64,000 nucleotides of DNA from the NCBI GenBank assembly GCA_965637545.1, contig OZ281499.1, positions 4,588,001-4,652,000 on the forward strand. The letters run 5' to 3'. The stretch is from Phallusia mammillata. Its lineage: Eukaryota. Position numbers and translations under genes: made by a program. The notes beneath the pieces were generated by a model that saw only the letters and a list, made by a program, of their open reading frames with translations, was not told the DNA's origin and made no database searches. The number at the start of each line of letters is the position of its first letter. The first letter of the stretch is position 1. This document shows, one piece after another, positions 24,901-39,000 of this stretch.

Positions 24901-27900
24901 CCCGGTGGAAAAGGCGGAACCGGTGGTCCTGGAAGGGAGAGCGGGGTTCCTGGAAAGGGTGGAAGGGTGAGCGATGTGATTGTGTACGCGACAAGTTTGT
25001 CAGGTTATTTGACTCTGTATCAAAAACCTGGCCAAACTGGAGATCCAGCTCCTAATGGATTGGCCGGAGTTGGAGGGTGAGAAACTTTTAGAAAAAACAT
25101 TCGTGTCACGTTTGACGCAAATCCATGATTTTAAGTGGGAGCAATTTTATTTCTGTTCAGACATCCTCCATTTAAACTGTTCTGAAATAGTTATAGTATT
25201 GCTATCTTCTTGTCCTAATGCCTCTGTACAATTGTATTTTAAAACAACGATCATAAATACCGTTTGTCGCTATATATCACATGTGGCCAATGCACCCATT
25301 GAGCGGTCAATCGCATCTAAATTTACACCCAAGTGTATAAGTTTTCGGGTCGGGTTTGATTGGGCCAGGTTCAAGATCATGAGTAAATAAAACGGGTTTG
25401 ATTTGGGCCTGACAACATACTTCAACTTAGATGTTTTTGTATTCTGGTTAAACCAAGTTGTAATAATACAGAGATGGTGGCGATGGCGGATGCTCATGCG
25501 AATGTAACAAGTTTACCTTCTGGTGCAAGGTTTTAGGAGAAGATTGTCATCGTGCTTTAGGAGATCCTGGTCCAAGAGGAAATTGTGGCGAAGATGGATT
25601 TGAAGCAAACAACCCAGTATTGGTTAGTTCAGCAGATTATAATCTCAAATAAGTGGTATAATCTCAAATAAAAAAATATCTTATTGTGACAAAGTTGTAC
25701 CGGATGTGGTTTTAGGTTTTATAAAGCCAAAGCGTTGAAAGAAACACATTAACTTTCTAAACAATAGTGTCATATCAAACCATGAATAATAAATAGGATT
25801 AGGAAATATTGACTTACTCAAGAAAAAGGTATAACGTATAAGTAGAAAGTTGCTCATACACAAATTTTTAATCACCAATACAAACATTTGCACACTGAAA
25901 ATATACAGGGTGGTTATAGTTTAGATCTAGTTAGTTAAGAAGGTCTAAAATTGCGTTATTTGAAGCATGAGGGGGCGAAGTATTGTTAAAAAGTTACTGC
26001 AAATCTTTTGACTTGTTTTTCTCTTTAGATACGTGCACTTTTCTTTTACAGAGCACTTGGGGAGGTGTTGGAAACGCTGACTTGCAAACTATTGAAAGCG
26101 TGAAGCCGTGGTTTGAAAATGACATGGAACTGCTTAACCTGATTCGTCGTAACGGGGAGATGCTCTTCCAGCGAAACGACAACGATGGAGCCAAAGCAGT
26201 TTTTGAGTTTATTCTATCGGTCACTGATGAAAGCTCGGTTATGTATAACGAGGTACGGTATTGTGTTTTGGTTATGATAATGAAAAAATATTAAAAAAAA
26301 AACATTTTATCTATAGCAACATAGTCATTAAGTTTTAAAAATGAAACCTGCCAATGTTAAAAATTCAACACATATTTGTTCTGCATTAGGTTGCCCAACT
26401 TTTAGATTACATCGAAGAGGGATTTGATTTCTATGGCAACACGGAATATTACGCCCCTGATAGAGATTGGACATACTTACAACAAGTTGTTGATGAGCAA
26501 CTTGTAGTTGGTACAGCAATGGAAGACGCGTTTAACGCTGTCTTAGCGAACGTTCGTAGTTTTTGATTTGTTTGCTTTCAAGCCGTATTTATTTCTTTTT
26601 ATAACAACAGATGAACGATATTGCGAGTACATGTATTCAAGTGCAGTCTGTGGTCAATCTTGTTGCCGACACGCGATTGGATCAGCTGTCCTTTGAAGAA
26701 TATGAGCTCACAAGCAAAAAAGAACTTTACCAGGAAGCGTTGGCTTTACTAGAGCAAACAATGGCCGAAGAAATGTCTGAAATTGAAAGGTTGATGATTG
26801 TTGTTGCGGAAGACTTACAAGATGTAAATTGTGATTTTACTTTACTGTGTTACAACCAGTTATTGAACTACAAACACTTGTTACAGGCGCAACAAAAAGG
26901 TTTTTTGGATTATCTTGGAGGAATAACCGCCTGTGCTGTTGGACTCGTGACGCAGGATTACAAAAAAGCTTTAGGAGGAGGCATGGAGGTATGTTCTAAA
27001 AAAAACACAGGAATTAAAGTGTATGATGTTTTGCCTCTTCATTGTTTTTGCGCTCCATAACGTTTTAACGTTGCGCAGCTATGTGTCGCTATGTTCACCA
27101 AGCGAAATAAACTCATCTCATCCCTCTCTCAATTTGTTGTAAAAAAAATTTTGCTTGACCTTTTTTTAGATTGTTTCAGTGCTAAAATCAAAACCTAGCT
27201 GTCCAGCACCCTCAGTGGAAGCGGTGGAAGCCTCAATGGAGGAAAAGTAGGATATTGTGTAACTATTGTACAAATATTTAGTCATTGAAAATTATAACTG
27301 ATAGGTTATTAGCAAACCCTAAAACTTACTACTATTTTGTGGGGATAAAAAATGTAGAAAGGCAAAAGAGTATTTCAACTGATCAGTATCTGACCCTTCA
27401 ACAGGCAGCATGGTTATCGACAATCACCGTGTATGTGATTAAATAAATAAGAATCGAGCGTATTTTCCTAGTAACAAAATCTGACGATGAATATCTTGGA
27501 ATATATATATTTCGCACAATAGCATCTTTAGTTTCTATAAAAACCACAAGTTTTGTGTTCACAAAATATTTGTCTCCAATTCTATTGAGTATTTGCCTTG
27601 ATTTGTTATGTTTGCTATTTCAGCTTGCAATTTGCGTTTGAGTACGAAGCACTGGATCCTGAAGATTTGGACTTTAGTGCAATGGACGCATCAGCTGTTC
27701 CCATCATAATGATGAGCAACTTGCTAAAAGACAGATCTCAACTACTACAAGATTTGCGTTGTCTCTTTACTAGTTCGGAAAATGTAAATACATTGACCCA
27801 CTCAATCTGTGGTGATGCTTGAAAACATTATGTTTTGTTAGGCACTCACTCTGGAAAGACTAATAGACGATTACTTTCGAGACGGTGCGTTCCGTATCAA

Positions 27901-30900
27901 GTTGATTGACATGTTGATTAACATGGATGCCCAACTAAAGGTAATTTATTCTTGGACAATTTAAAAACTTTTTTAAAGCAAGTGTTTTTACCTACCTCAC
28001 TAAAGCTGTAGACTCTGAACGGCCGACCTGCAAGGCTGAGCCTCACAAAGGGGTTTGTCACGTTGAAACACGCCCCGCCCTTTCCCACACAAATCACACT
28101 TCCCGAATCTCGTGTAATAATCCACAGCGGCAACAACCACAACGTCGTGCACAATCAGGAACGGACAGAAACAGGGTTGAGAACGAAACGGGAACGGTTT
28201 TCTAAACAAGAAAACGAAACACATTGACATATGTCAACGCACAAAAATGCCAATGACTAACTTACCAACTATTTTGTGACACAGGTCAACAGGTACAGTA
28301 CACGTATCAACAGTTGCAAGACGATGAAACAATCGCTGCAATCACTATAGGAAAATACAGCATGTCATAAGTCACACATAAAGCCATGAATTAATTTAGG
28401 TCACAAATCGAATTAAACACTCACCGACAATCACGGTAAACAGCCTTCACTTGAAGATTAATTAGTCAGTCGTCAAAATATTTAATTTAGCCTTATTCGT
28501 CTCTAAAAATGAAACACAAACGAATTTACTTAATGCAGTAATAAAGTCACCTCACTCGACCACGTTGTACGGTAAAATGAACCAATCATTGCAACATGCA
28601 GACAAAGTCCTTCCAATTTTACTGTTACGCACATGGCGATTGTAACGTCATAGCAGGGGAACAGTGAGACAAGTTAATCATGCGTAACTGAACTTGGAGA
28701 TGTAACAAAAGCACTAAACAGTATTTTGTACACAATTTTGTTTTTTGCAGCAAATCGGATACAACAAACAACTGATGGAGGAGGCAAAAGCCAAAGTAGA
28801 TGAGGCCGTTCAGGAGACCTTAAATGGTATTTCCATGACGGGAATGTCTACTTTCACCGACACATTGCTTAAGTCAGTTGTATGAGCGTTTGGCCAGTTT
28901 TGGTTAAAATTTCACGAGCAAGTTCTATAGACATTTTCGCAAATCGTAGCAAACAATGAGAAGTACGCAAAAATAAAACATGTTTATGCTGAAACAATTT
29001 ACTAAAGGTTTCGGTTTAAAGGAAGTGTCCAATATATCAAAATTCATTCTAAAATCCCATAAAAGTCATTATATTGTCTTTATATTTATTATGAATTTGA
29101 TACCGGTAACGTAGTAGGTTTAGGTTTTGGTAAAAGGTGACCGTTTTCGTAGCCTAACTCTTGACCTGTTTGAAATTTTGGTTAAATTTCCGGATGATAT
29201 CGTATGGCAAAAACACTTGAATCACTGTCCATAAGCAGTGCTGGATTAAGGGTCTGCTGGCCTGTAGGCACATTTTATAAGTGGCCCGAAAATCAGGGTT
29301 GCCTGCTAAAAAATTATAATTATCAGTGTTGCCAAATCATTGTCACAAAGTCTACTGATTTTAAAGTGGCCTGGATTTTTGACTGGCCTGTAGGCACGTG
29401 CCTACTTTGCCTAATGGTTAATCCGGCACTGTCCATAAGTCGAGATTTACTACAAATGGTCAAAATTCGATAACGCAGAGTTAAGAAATACAAATCGATT
29501 TTCTATTTTTTTCCTGTATCGTTTGATTTAATGCATATTTTAGCAAGGTGTTTCGGGGTGTAATGTTTTTTTTCATCCAATACTTTTCAGTTTGTACCAG
29601 CACCAAGAAAACGCTATCATGGAATCAATTTACGAACTATCGAAAGCTTATCAATTCGAAAGTCTCATGGAATATGATGTTCTTGGCAAATACAACTCTG
29701 CCATCAGCGACCAGGCAAATCTAAGCTCTATGACTTTCCCATATGCTATTATAACATTTCACATTTATAGGGGACTGTTGACAATCTTGGTGCTTTGGTC
29801 GGAATGGTTCAACTTCAGTTGATATATCAAGACCTGGAAACTCAAAGAGACAACTTCTTGGACCTGACTGCATCCTTGGCTGGACCTACATCGCATGTAT
29901 TTACTGCCTATTGGGAATATAACACAGTAAGTCTTGTGAAGTAAACAGAAGCACTTTTTGATTTAGCACTGTAGCGAATATGTGAATTTCTATTCTTTAA
30001 ATTTGCTCAACAATTTCACAGCAAAATCACCCAGAACTTATCAATCAACTGAAGCAGACTGGACAAACCATGATTGACATGCTTGTGGATCCGCTTGATC
30101 CTCGCACGACCGGATGTGAGAGGTGTTACAACGGCCGCTTGGTGGGGCTGTATGTAGAAGTTGACGGATCCCCACAATCCCGATCTGTGCCAACCTAGTA
30201 AGCGCTTATTTCCTGATATCCAAACTTTTACTTTGATACTTATACACAGACTTATAATGGGGCTTGGTCGAAAATAAAAGTAGCTTGGTACCTAATACTT
30301 TTGCGTTTTAATCCGTAAATCCGTAGCAATTGTTGAGACGTCTTTATAATATATATAAGCTCTCATTCAGTTTGATTTTGAGAAACTATTTTGTTATTCG
30401 TGCATTTTATCTGCTGTAACTCGTACCTTGTATGTTTTCATAGCACTTACGTGGTTGTGGCTCACGAAGGGGACTCAAACTTTCTGCAACCCACGGCTGA
30501 CGATGGTACAACTAATGTTGAACTCCAGCAAACTCCCGAAGACATCGATGGTGGCAGAGTTATGACATTTGACTCGGCCAGTTTCGTATCTTCCATCCTC
30601 GACGACAATTTGGCTGATAAGTTTAATGAAGATGTACTGCTTGTTGTATACTTTTTAAAGGAAAACGGTAATTACTGTTGGTGTTGTTTAGGAATACACG
30701 TTTTGCGAATATGACGCAGGCAACTTCTTTGGCTCAAAGCCATGTAAGAGTCCCTATGCAACTTATGTGATAAAAGTTCCGCGAACGGATAGCTATGAAT
30801 GTACGTTGGATCCGAACTACTTCATCTCGGGAACAAACTGCAAGGACTTCGACTTTTCAAAGTATTTTTTGTCAAAAGTACTTACGTATTTTGAATTTAA

Positions 30901-31441
30901 TTCAAACTTATTTTGTTACAGATTAAGTACTATTCGGATTTATGCGAAAATTCAGTCATGGAGTGATTATCCTGTCGATGTTCAAGATGTAAACAGGTAC
31001 ATCTCATAGTTTGTGTAACTTTCGGAAGAGCTTTGCTAAAAAATTAAATATATCCCTGCTAAAAACGTTATCAAGGTCAAATCTGTTTGCAATGTTGTGA
31101 CCCTATAAAACAGTGGTCGGCAACCACTGGTCCATGTGGGGTTTTGTTACCGGGCCGCATAAAACTTGCTCTAGGTTCAGATTAAATCACAGTTGTAATA
31201 ACTGTAATTAGTTTTCAGTGCTGAACATTTGTGATTTTTAAAGGCCGGCCCGTGATAAAAATTTCAGTTTCAAACCGGTCCGTAGTGCAAAAAAATGTTG
31301 CCGACGCCTGCTGCAAAATACTGCTTTAAGGAATTTTAGATTACTTGCCAAGCGTTTAAATACTTGTATTTATGATTTAAACACAGAAGGCTACTTCGAC
31401 TTAAAATGATGGAAGACAACTCCCAAAGCAGCATGGAATAA
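21990..31441 (+). CDS. Secreted lectin-headed, Gly-rich, Tc-toxin(TcA)-like protein, paralogue A (about 20 exons)
   Basis: Signal exon MYRAILFAVVFNCLTQMGTTQ; lectin-like exons 22132-22249 and 22636-22742; LLIRGDTVYVD..VTVLARRL; GAKGAKGAKG and GGKGGTGGPG repeats; GFDFYGNTEYYAP; hydrophobic exon 26887-26988; LINQLKQTG..YNGRLVGLYVEV..SPYATYVIKVP..DFSKLSTIRIYAK; last exon 31387-31441. Exon structure is supported by paralogues B and C; function is inferred. Confidence 0.85.
29236..29431. mobile_element. hAT-type MITE
   Basis: TIRs CAGTGCTGGATTAA / TTAATCCGGCACTG; perfect 8-bp TSD TCCATAAG. Confidence 0.88.
31111..31310. mobile_element. hAT-type MITE in the last intron of paralogue A
   Basis: TIRs CAGTGGTCGGCAAC / GTTGCCGACGCCTG; TSD CTATAAAA / CTGCAAAA (6 of 8 match); absent from the paralogous intron of B. 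Confidence 0.75.
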
Positions 31442-33048
31442 TCGTCAACGTACGGAAGAAATCTGCTAAAATGTTTCAAACTAATTCGTGCAACACGTGT
31501 GTGTGTCATAACAGAAAATAAAATAAACTGGTGTCGGAAAAAACTATTTGTCCGAATAAACAGTATTTTGATTAGGATGTAAGTTACGACCATACGATCA
31601 CAACCGCCTGGCTCACATGTACTGCTGGGTACTGTAAAATGCCAAAAAACACATTGTTTGACATTTGGCTTTAAAAATGATCTAAAATTAATATTTTGGG
31701 CGAAAAAGCTAATGAATTTACACATATTGTAAATAGGTGCGGTAATCCAGTTGTTACATTTTTCATTAAGCTCAGCGGATACCCTGTTGGCTATGTTTGA
31801 AATAAAAAACTGTGCTGCTAACACCGATATTATATGATTTCGGATATGATACTTAATTGCATTTCTGTTCAAATTGATTTTTAAATGCTTTCGTGCTCCA
31901 TCGATGCCAATATCAAAATAATAGAAGGCTAGAATACATAGAAAAAATGTGCTATATTTGTGTATTTGTTATCACACAATATCTTTGGGCAGGGGTCACC
32001 AAACTACGGCCTGTGGGTCGGCTCTGACCCTTGAGGTCATTTTATCCGGCCGATATTTTTGGTTTGCCAAATCGTATTGATAATTTTGTAATATTCAAAA
32101 ATTAATCTACCCCCACAAAAGTTTTTCTGCATTGACGTGTAGAATTAATTTTACCTAGTTTCAAAGGATTATAACGCCCAGGAATAATTCAAAGCTGGTT
32201 TGTTACATCACATACAGGACTACAAGTATTAATTGTGCGTAATCAATTGCCTTCTTTTGTTACTTGTGGCGTAATATAGGAGCATTGCTCGAAAGATTAG
32301 ACTAACTATAATCGTATGGGCTATCGAGTCAAATATCCTGTACGGTTTTAGGGCTTGCAAACTGTGCGGCCCCTTCGAATCATTATTTAAACTTATCCGT
32401 CCCGCTGCCAAAAATTTGGTTAACCCTGACTTAGGTTAACAATCGATAAATGAAATCGAGTTACATTAGTTGAGTATGACGTTGAAGTTTTGTACGTGAC
32501 AGAAACTGGTGACGTGACTCGAAGACAATCAAAAAGTTATATTTACCCAGCCTGTCGGTTTTCAAAACTATCAAACGTTTAGTTGTACAAAGTGACAACC
32601 GTGTACATTACAAACAGCGTATATCCCTTTTCCCATCATGCCACACCTCCTCTGGAATCATTACTGGAATCATCTATTGCAACTTTATCAAGATGTGTTT
32701 GTTCTTTCTCGCAGCTCACGTTTATTACACGAATTTTATCTCACTTCCATAACCGCTGATAAGAGGATGAACTTTGATGTTGGTGCTAACTGTTTACTCT
32801 CACAAAGCCTAAATTGCACGTGTATCAATTCACACGGTTATATACATCATGCATTGACTGGTGACGTAGAGAGGTATACGTGACTTTTGCCATTGGCGCT
32901 TGATCAAAACGAACTAGGTAAATTTAACACTTTCGTTGCAGATGTTGTCTTCCCATGAAAACCATTCGTTCTCGCTATAAATGCGTAGCAATTAAAAAAG
33001 TGCATCCATTTGTACATTGAGAATTAGCAAGACTTTGAAAGAAGTAAA

Positions 33049-36000
33049 ATGAAAACATCCGTGATCTTTCATGCATTTGCTGCCATTGTCAGTTGTTTTG
33101 TTCAACTAGGATACACTCAGATGTCTTTGGGCAAGTGTTATTATTCGGCTATCACAAAGTAATGTGAAACTAGAAAACCTTTTTTCACACTGTTTCAGAA
33201 GGCAAAGTTGAGTTGTCAGCCTCCTATTCGGGCTTACCTTACAGAGTCAGTTTTGGATCAACATTTCCATTACCACCAGACGTAGACGCCTGGGCACGAG
33301 GCTCTTGTCAAAATGGGTAGCGAATTATTTTGTTTTTGTTGGTAATTTCATGGAAGACCGGGGATTATTCGGACACGATACCCCGGAAAAGCATTAGAAT
33401 ATTGTAATATCATAATTACAATCTACTTTACCTCTAATACAGGGGTGTCCAACACGTGGCACGCGTGCCAAATATGGCACGCAGAGCATTTGAATATGGC
33501 ACTCAAGCTTTTGCCAGTATTCAAATGGTAAACTTTATGATTTCTCACCCAACCAACTTTTGTCTATTTTCTGAGTTTCCCAAAAAAGTTTACTTGCATT
33601 TGACATAAGATTTTTCCTCGGCGATTCCATCTAAGGTTCTATATATATTGGCCGAATATTGGGAATTGGCGCGAATCGGCAATAAGTTAGCAAGATTAGA
33701 CAAGCTTTTGTTTCGTCTTGGAAAACGGGAAAGGTTATCAATGGTAGCCTTAGCGTGAACAGCTGGGCTACAATTTGTAATGAAGATTTGAATGCGCAGG
33801 GAAGCGCCTAATATTTGCGCGGTAAAATATCCCGTGTTTACAAAAATACCCAACGTTGTCATGCGAATATATTTAAAAACCAAAATTTGCACGGCAGTGT
33901 TTTCCAGTTGGACAACAAATTTATTTAACTTTTGGACTCACCTCCTCTAAAATAATTTCGCAAGTGTAGTGCATTGTTTGCGAGCACAAACGCTTTTAAA
34001 AAGAAACGAATATTATGATGCAATACCTTATGGCGTAACACAAATTATGAATAATGACATACGTGGCAAAGTTTTTAGTTTGTTTTAGTTTGCAATTTTT
34101 TTAACTGCGGGCCGGATCATTTTAATAATCACGCTCGAGAGTCGCATCGGTTACAAGCCCTGACGCAGCCTTTCCCAAACGGTAGAGCTACTAACACTGT
34201 GCTTCACCTTTGGCTCGACCTGGGAACTTCTGGTAGATGGCGCAAAAGAGCATAGGCGTTTATGGTGCTGTTACAGCAATTTGGGTTTATGGTAAGAATA
34301 ATTGCTGAGTCAGCACCATAAACGCCTATGCTCTTTTGCGACACCTACCAGAAGTTCCCAGGTCGAGCCAAAGGTAAAGCTCAGTGTTAGTAACTCTACC
34401 TTCCCAAACTGGCACACGCGAGGCGATTTTGACGAGACCGCGAAGGGTTCATGTCTTCCCACGATCTTATTTGTATTCAGATTGTGCCGCTGTTTAGTTG
34501 TAAAATTGTGAAAATTATATAAGTGTCACATACCAACTAATGCACGTTTATTCTACCACAAGGAACTAAAAAAGCAATTGTTCGCACACAATTACTATTC
34601 TTTGCTTTTATATGTGACGTAACAACTGCTTTTGGATGATGCTTATGCCTGGTTATCCTGTTAGACGAGGTAAAATTATTACTAAAATGTATTATATGAA
34701 TGTTTACACAATTGCTAACGCCCCGGATCCGTAATTAAGTGATCCCTGGTTTACACCATAGGCAACGGAAACTTTTGGTAGTTTCATTGCTGCATGTGTT
34801 CGAAAAAACTGTCGTTTTTTGCCTGTTTTGGGGGGGCGTGAAGTGCCCGACAAACACCTTAGGGGGGGCGTGGACAAAAAAGGTTAAGAACCGCTGACTT
34901 AAAGAGTCAATTTAATGATACAAATTATAAATTATTAGCTCCACTTTAATTGCCATGTAAAACCTTTAAGCGTTAAGCAATCAGTTGGCCGTATTGCTTA
35001 TATTTATTTGCAACAAGCTATATACGAATATAACCAAAATGTTACCTTGGTTATTGGTAAAAAAAAAACTGAAGCGATTAAGTAAGAATAAAAATACAAC
35101 AAATCTTCCAACTTTTTTCGATATCTACCAACTCTTTTTGACAGTTACCCTGTCAGTGTTTCGGAAGTTGATGAAAACGGATTTACAATTGTAGTACACA
35201 ACTTCCTTGAGACGATTACGGTTTCTTGGTCAGCTACTGAAGTACAAGGTTGGTAAAGTGTAACTGTTAATTTTGCTAATTTTAACATTTTAATTGACAA
35301 ATTGGACGTTATAAAGACAAATAACAACAGAAATTTTCTTTGGACGTCCGAATCGGCGATAAATTAGACGAACAAGTAGTCGCCATACGTTCATTAAAGT
35401 ATGTTGTTGTTCTTGTTCTAGAAAAAATTACTTACCTCGGCGAAGGCAATGTAACCTACACATTCAATATTCCTCCACCCAACAACATTTCCGTTCCAAC
35501 TATTACCGAACAAAACTCCATTGTTGACGTAATGGGAAGAGAAATTCATTTCTCCCGACTCAATCAACTGCTTCACGAGAAAGGGTTTCTGTCCTTAAGA
35601 ATTTTAGTTTAAAACTGATAGTGTTACAATGTTTGCCTAAAACCATTTTCGCCGAAAAAACGGCTGTATCTCTTCAAATTAATTTCACTCATTAAAGAGT
35701 GTTGTTACAAACCTAACATTCTTTAGAATTGAACAAATTGCCGCATCGACTCAGTCGGAAATAACAAGGGAACTTATTATCCGTGCGGATACCGTGTACG
35801 TAGATGACACTGAGAAAGTCTTAAAGGGCTGGAAAAATGTGACCTTTCTTGCAAGACGTTTAGTTTCCAATAGTGGTGTCCTAAATTTGCAGGTAAACGC
35901 CTAATACTAGTGTCGACCGCAAAAGAGAGCTAAACTATCTGGTTCCTAAACTATCTGGAAAATTACATTTTGTTCTGTCTCAGTTGCATAAAAGTAAATT

Positions 36001-39000
36001 TAAACAAGTTGGTTTTTAAATGCGTCCTGGTAACATAAATCGGTAAAAGCAAGACCAAAAAAATTGGCGGGGTCAAACAAAAGTATTTTTAATGCAAAAT
36101 AAATACTTTTCACACACTAGACGCCGTACCGGTGCCAATCGTTGTCAAGTTCGGGAACAACTTGCGCGGGATTTTCAGTTGCAGACATTGACAAAACTGG
36201 TGCAAATGGCACGGATGGCTATTCGAGTCCTGTTTTTCATGTCTATGTCGGCGAATTAGACGGAAACATAGTTATGGTGAACGAGGTAACCCAACAACCG
36301 CCAACTAATAGGATTTATTTTTGCCGATAATAACGGCCACTTATACCATTTTTAACAGTAATTTTTGCGTGAGGCAAACATACGGGTCCAAAATTAAATT
36401 TGCAGGAGCATAAGTTACCTCAAATAGCTTAAATAATTTGGCACAATGTATCATCACATATCTAACCCAAAAACAAAAAAAGAAGAACGAAAGGATGTTT
36501 TAACGTTTCTAAAATTACCTTCTTTTTTAATGTAAACATTAGCACCTAATGTGAACTAGATATCCCACCTTAACAACAACAAAAGGAAGCAGATTTTCGT
36601 AATTGGTGTTGTAAAACATGCTTACGTTTCAGGCAAGTCAAGGAAGCACATCACAAGCTGGCGGGCAAGGAGAGAAAGGAGTTAAAGGAGCCAAGGGTCC
36701 AACAATGGATTGCAATGTGGAGTGTGGAAATAATTGTGTTGTGACGTTGGAATATTATTACGTCAAAGGTTCATTCCTGTTTTTCAGTTAATAATTACGT
36801 CGCTTTTATGTAGCTCCTCAAAAAAACTTTATTGTGAGTTACCTAAATCAATAAGTCAGACAAATTACATTAATTACGACACCCAGCAAATCTTTGTAAA
36901 CCTATTAACATAACGTAAGTAAAATTTCCTTCAATGTACGTGTTTGATAAGTTATTATAAACTTAACTGCTAAGACTTATTCTTAACTGCTAAAATTGAT
37001 TAAATTACTAAATTAAAGATACTGCCAGTTCGATTAAGCCCGAAAATGTGGATGAAATTACAAGCTGCCAGAACCATAACTACATACCTTGTTTGCACCC
37101 TACAACGTTTTCTAAATGTGTACACTGCTCTAGGCCGGCGCGGTGAAAAAGGCGGAACCGGTGAACCTGGAAGGTCGAGCGGGGTTCCCGGAAAGGGTGG
37201 AAGCGCAAGTGATGTTGTGGTATACGCGACAAGTTTATCAGGTTATTTGACTCTGTATCAAAAACCTGGCCAAGGTGGAGGTCCATCTCCTAATGGATTT
37301 GGCGGAGATGGAGGGTGAGAAACTTGTAAAAAACGAAATATTGTGTCTGAGTGTTATTCTCATTTTCAAATGTAGCAGCCTATTTCTAACCACAAATTGA
37401 GTTTCACCTAATTAACGATTTTTTAAGCACATCGACTTAAACAGTTCAAGCAATTTATGTTAAACACCCTCTTGCTGCATTTTTTATGTTTTTTTCAACT
37501 ATTGCTGTCAAAACCGCTTTGTCATGATGCAGAGATGGTGGGGATGGAGGTTGTTCATGTTTATGCTTATCCTACTTTTATTGCTATGCTGTTGATCAGG
37601 ATTGCACTTCACACTTAGGAGATCAAGGACAAACGGGAGATTGTGGAAGCGATGGTTTTGACGTCTGCAGCCCAAACGTGGTGAGTTGTCAATAAAGTAA
37701 AGAAACCGACTAGACAAATTTTATGCAATTACGAAGCATTAGGCAAGTTTTGCGTCAGTTATATCTATTTGTACATTGAGAAGTTAGAGCGTGAAAAACC
37801 AATTAACGTTAAGACCCAATTCTGCTAGTAGAGTAGCTTTTACTTACATCATGTTTTCACAGAACACTGCTGGAACTGTTGGAAACGCTGACTTGCAAAC
37901 TATTGAAAGCGTGAAGCCGTGGTTTGAAAATGACATGGAACTGCTTAGTCTGGTTCGTCGCAACGGGGAGATGCTCTTCCAGCGAAACGACAACGATGGA
38001 GCTAAAGCAGTTTTCGAGTTTATTCTGTCGGTCACTGATGAAAGTTCTGTTATGTACAGTGAGGTACAATAAATTAAATCTAAACATAAATTCGGAAATC
38101 GATTTACCTGGTGTTGGTTTGGTTGGAATAATTTTTATTTTTGCTGCAACAGGTTGCCGAGCTTTTAAGATACATCGAAGAGGGATTTTACTTCTATGGC
38201 CACACCGAATATTACGTCCCAGACCAAGACTGGAGATTCTTAAAAGAAATAGTTGAAGAGCAACTTGACGTTGGGACACAGCTTGAAAATACACTTAACC
38301 TGGTTCTTGCAAACGTAAATTTGTCCTCTTAAATGTTTTTTTTTAATTTTGCAAATTCATATTTAGGCAAATAGGTGATGAAATAGTTTCGGTTACATCA
38401 CAGAAATAGAGAGAATTATTTACATTGAAGCAACGCTATAAACTTTTAGATAAATGATATTAAGGAAACATGTCTTCAAGTGCAGCCTGTTGTCAAACTT
38501 GTCGCCATAGCACGACTAAAGGAATTGTCCTGTGAAGAAACTGAACTGAACAGGAAAAAGAAGCTTTATCAGAAAGCATTGGTTCTGATTGAACAAACTC
38601 TGGATGAACAAATGATTGAAATTAAACAGCGACTACCTGCCGTTTTAGCAGACTTGCAGCAAGTAAGTTATGCTTTAGGGCAGGGGTGTCAAACTCGTGG
38701 GGGTTCGAGGGCCACATTGCAGTTTGGAAAATATGCCAAGGGCCGCATATGATTTTTAATTTATTTTCATACACTCAAATTTAACGCTTATTTTTAGTCA
38801 AACATAGGAGTTTTTATTTATAAATTCAACTTCTGCAAACGTATCTTTAAATCATAGCTTTCACTTTGAAAGGTTAGAATATTTTATTATTTTAAAAAAA
38901 TCTTGCAAAACACTACAATTGTTGTTAAGTGTTTAAACGCCATTAGAGGGTAGAGAGTTGACATCCCTGTGCTAGGGTATATACTTGGCCTTTTTTATAT

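Noticed and set aside
24343-25620. Collagen gene
   Set aside because: The G-x-x runs are short and interrupted by Cys-rich loops and beta-strand-like segments, and are embedded in a much larger non-collagenous protein.
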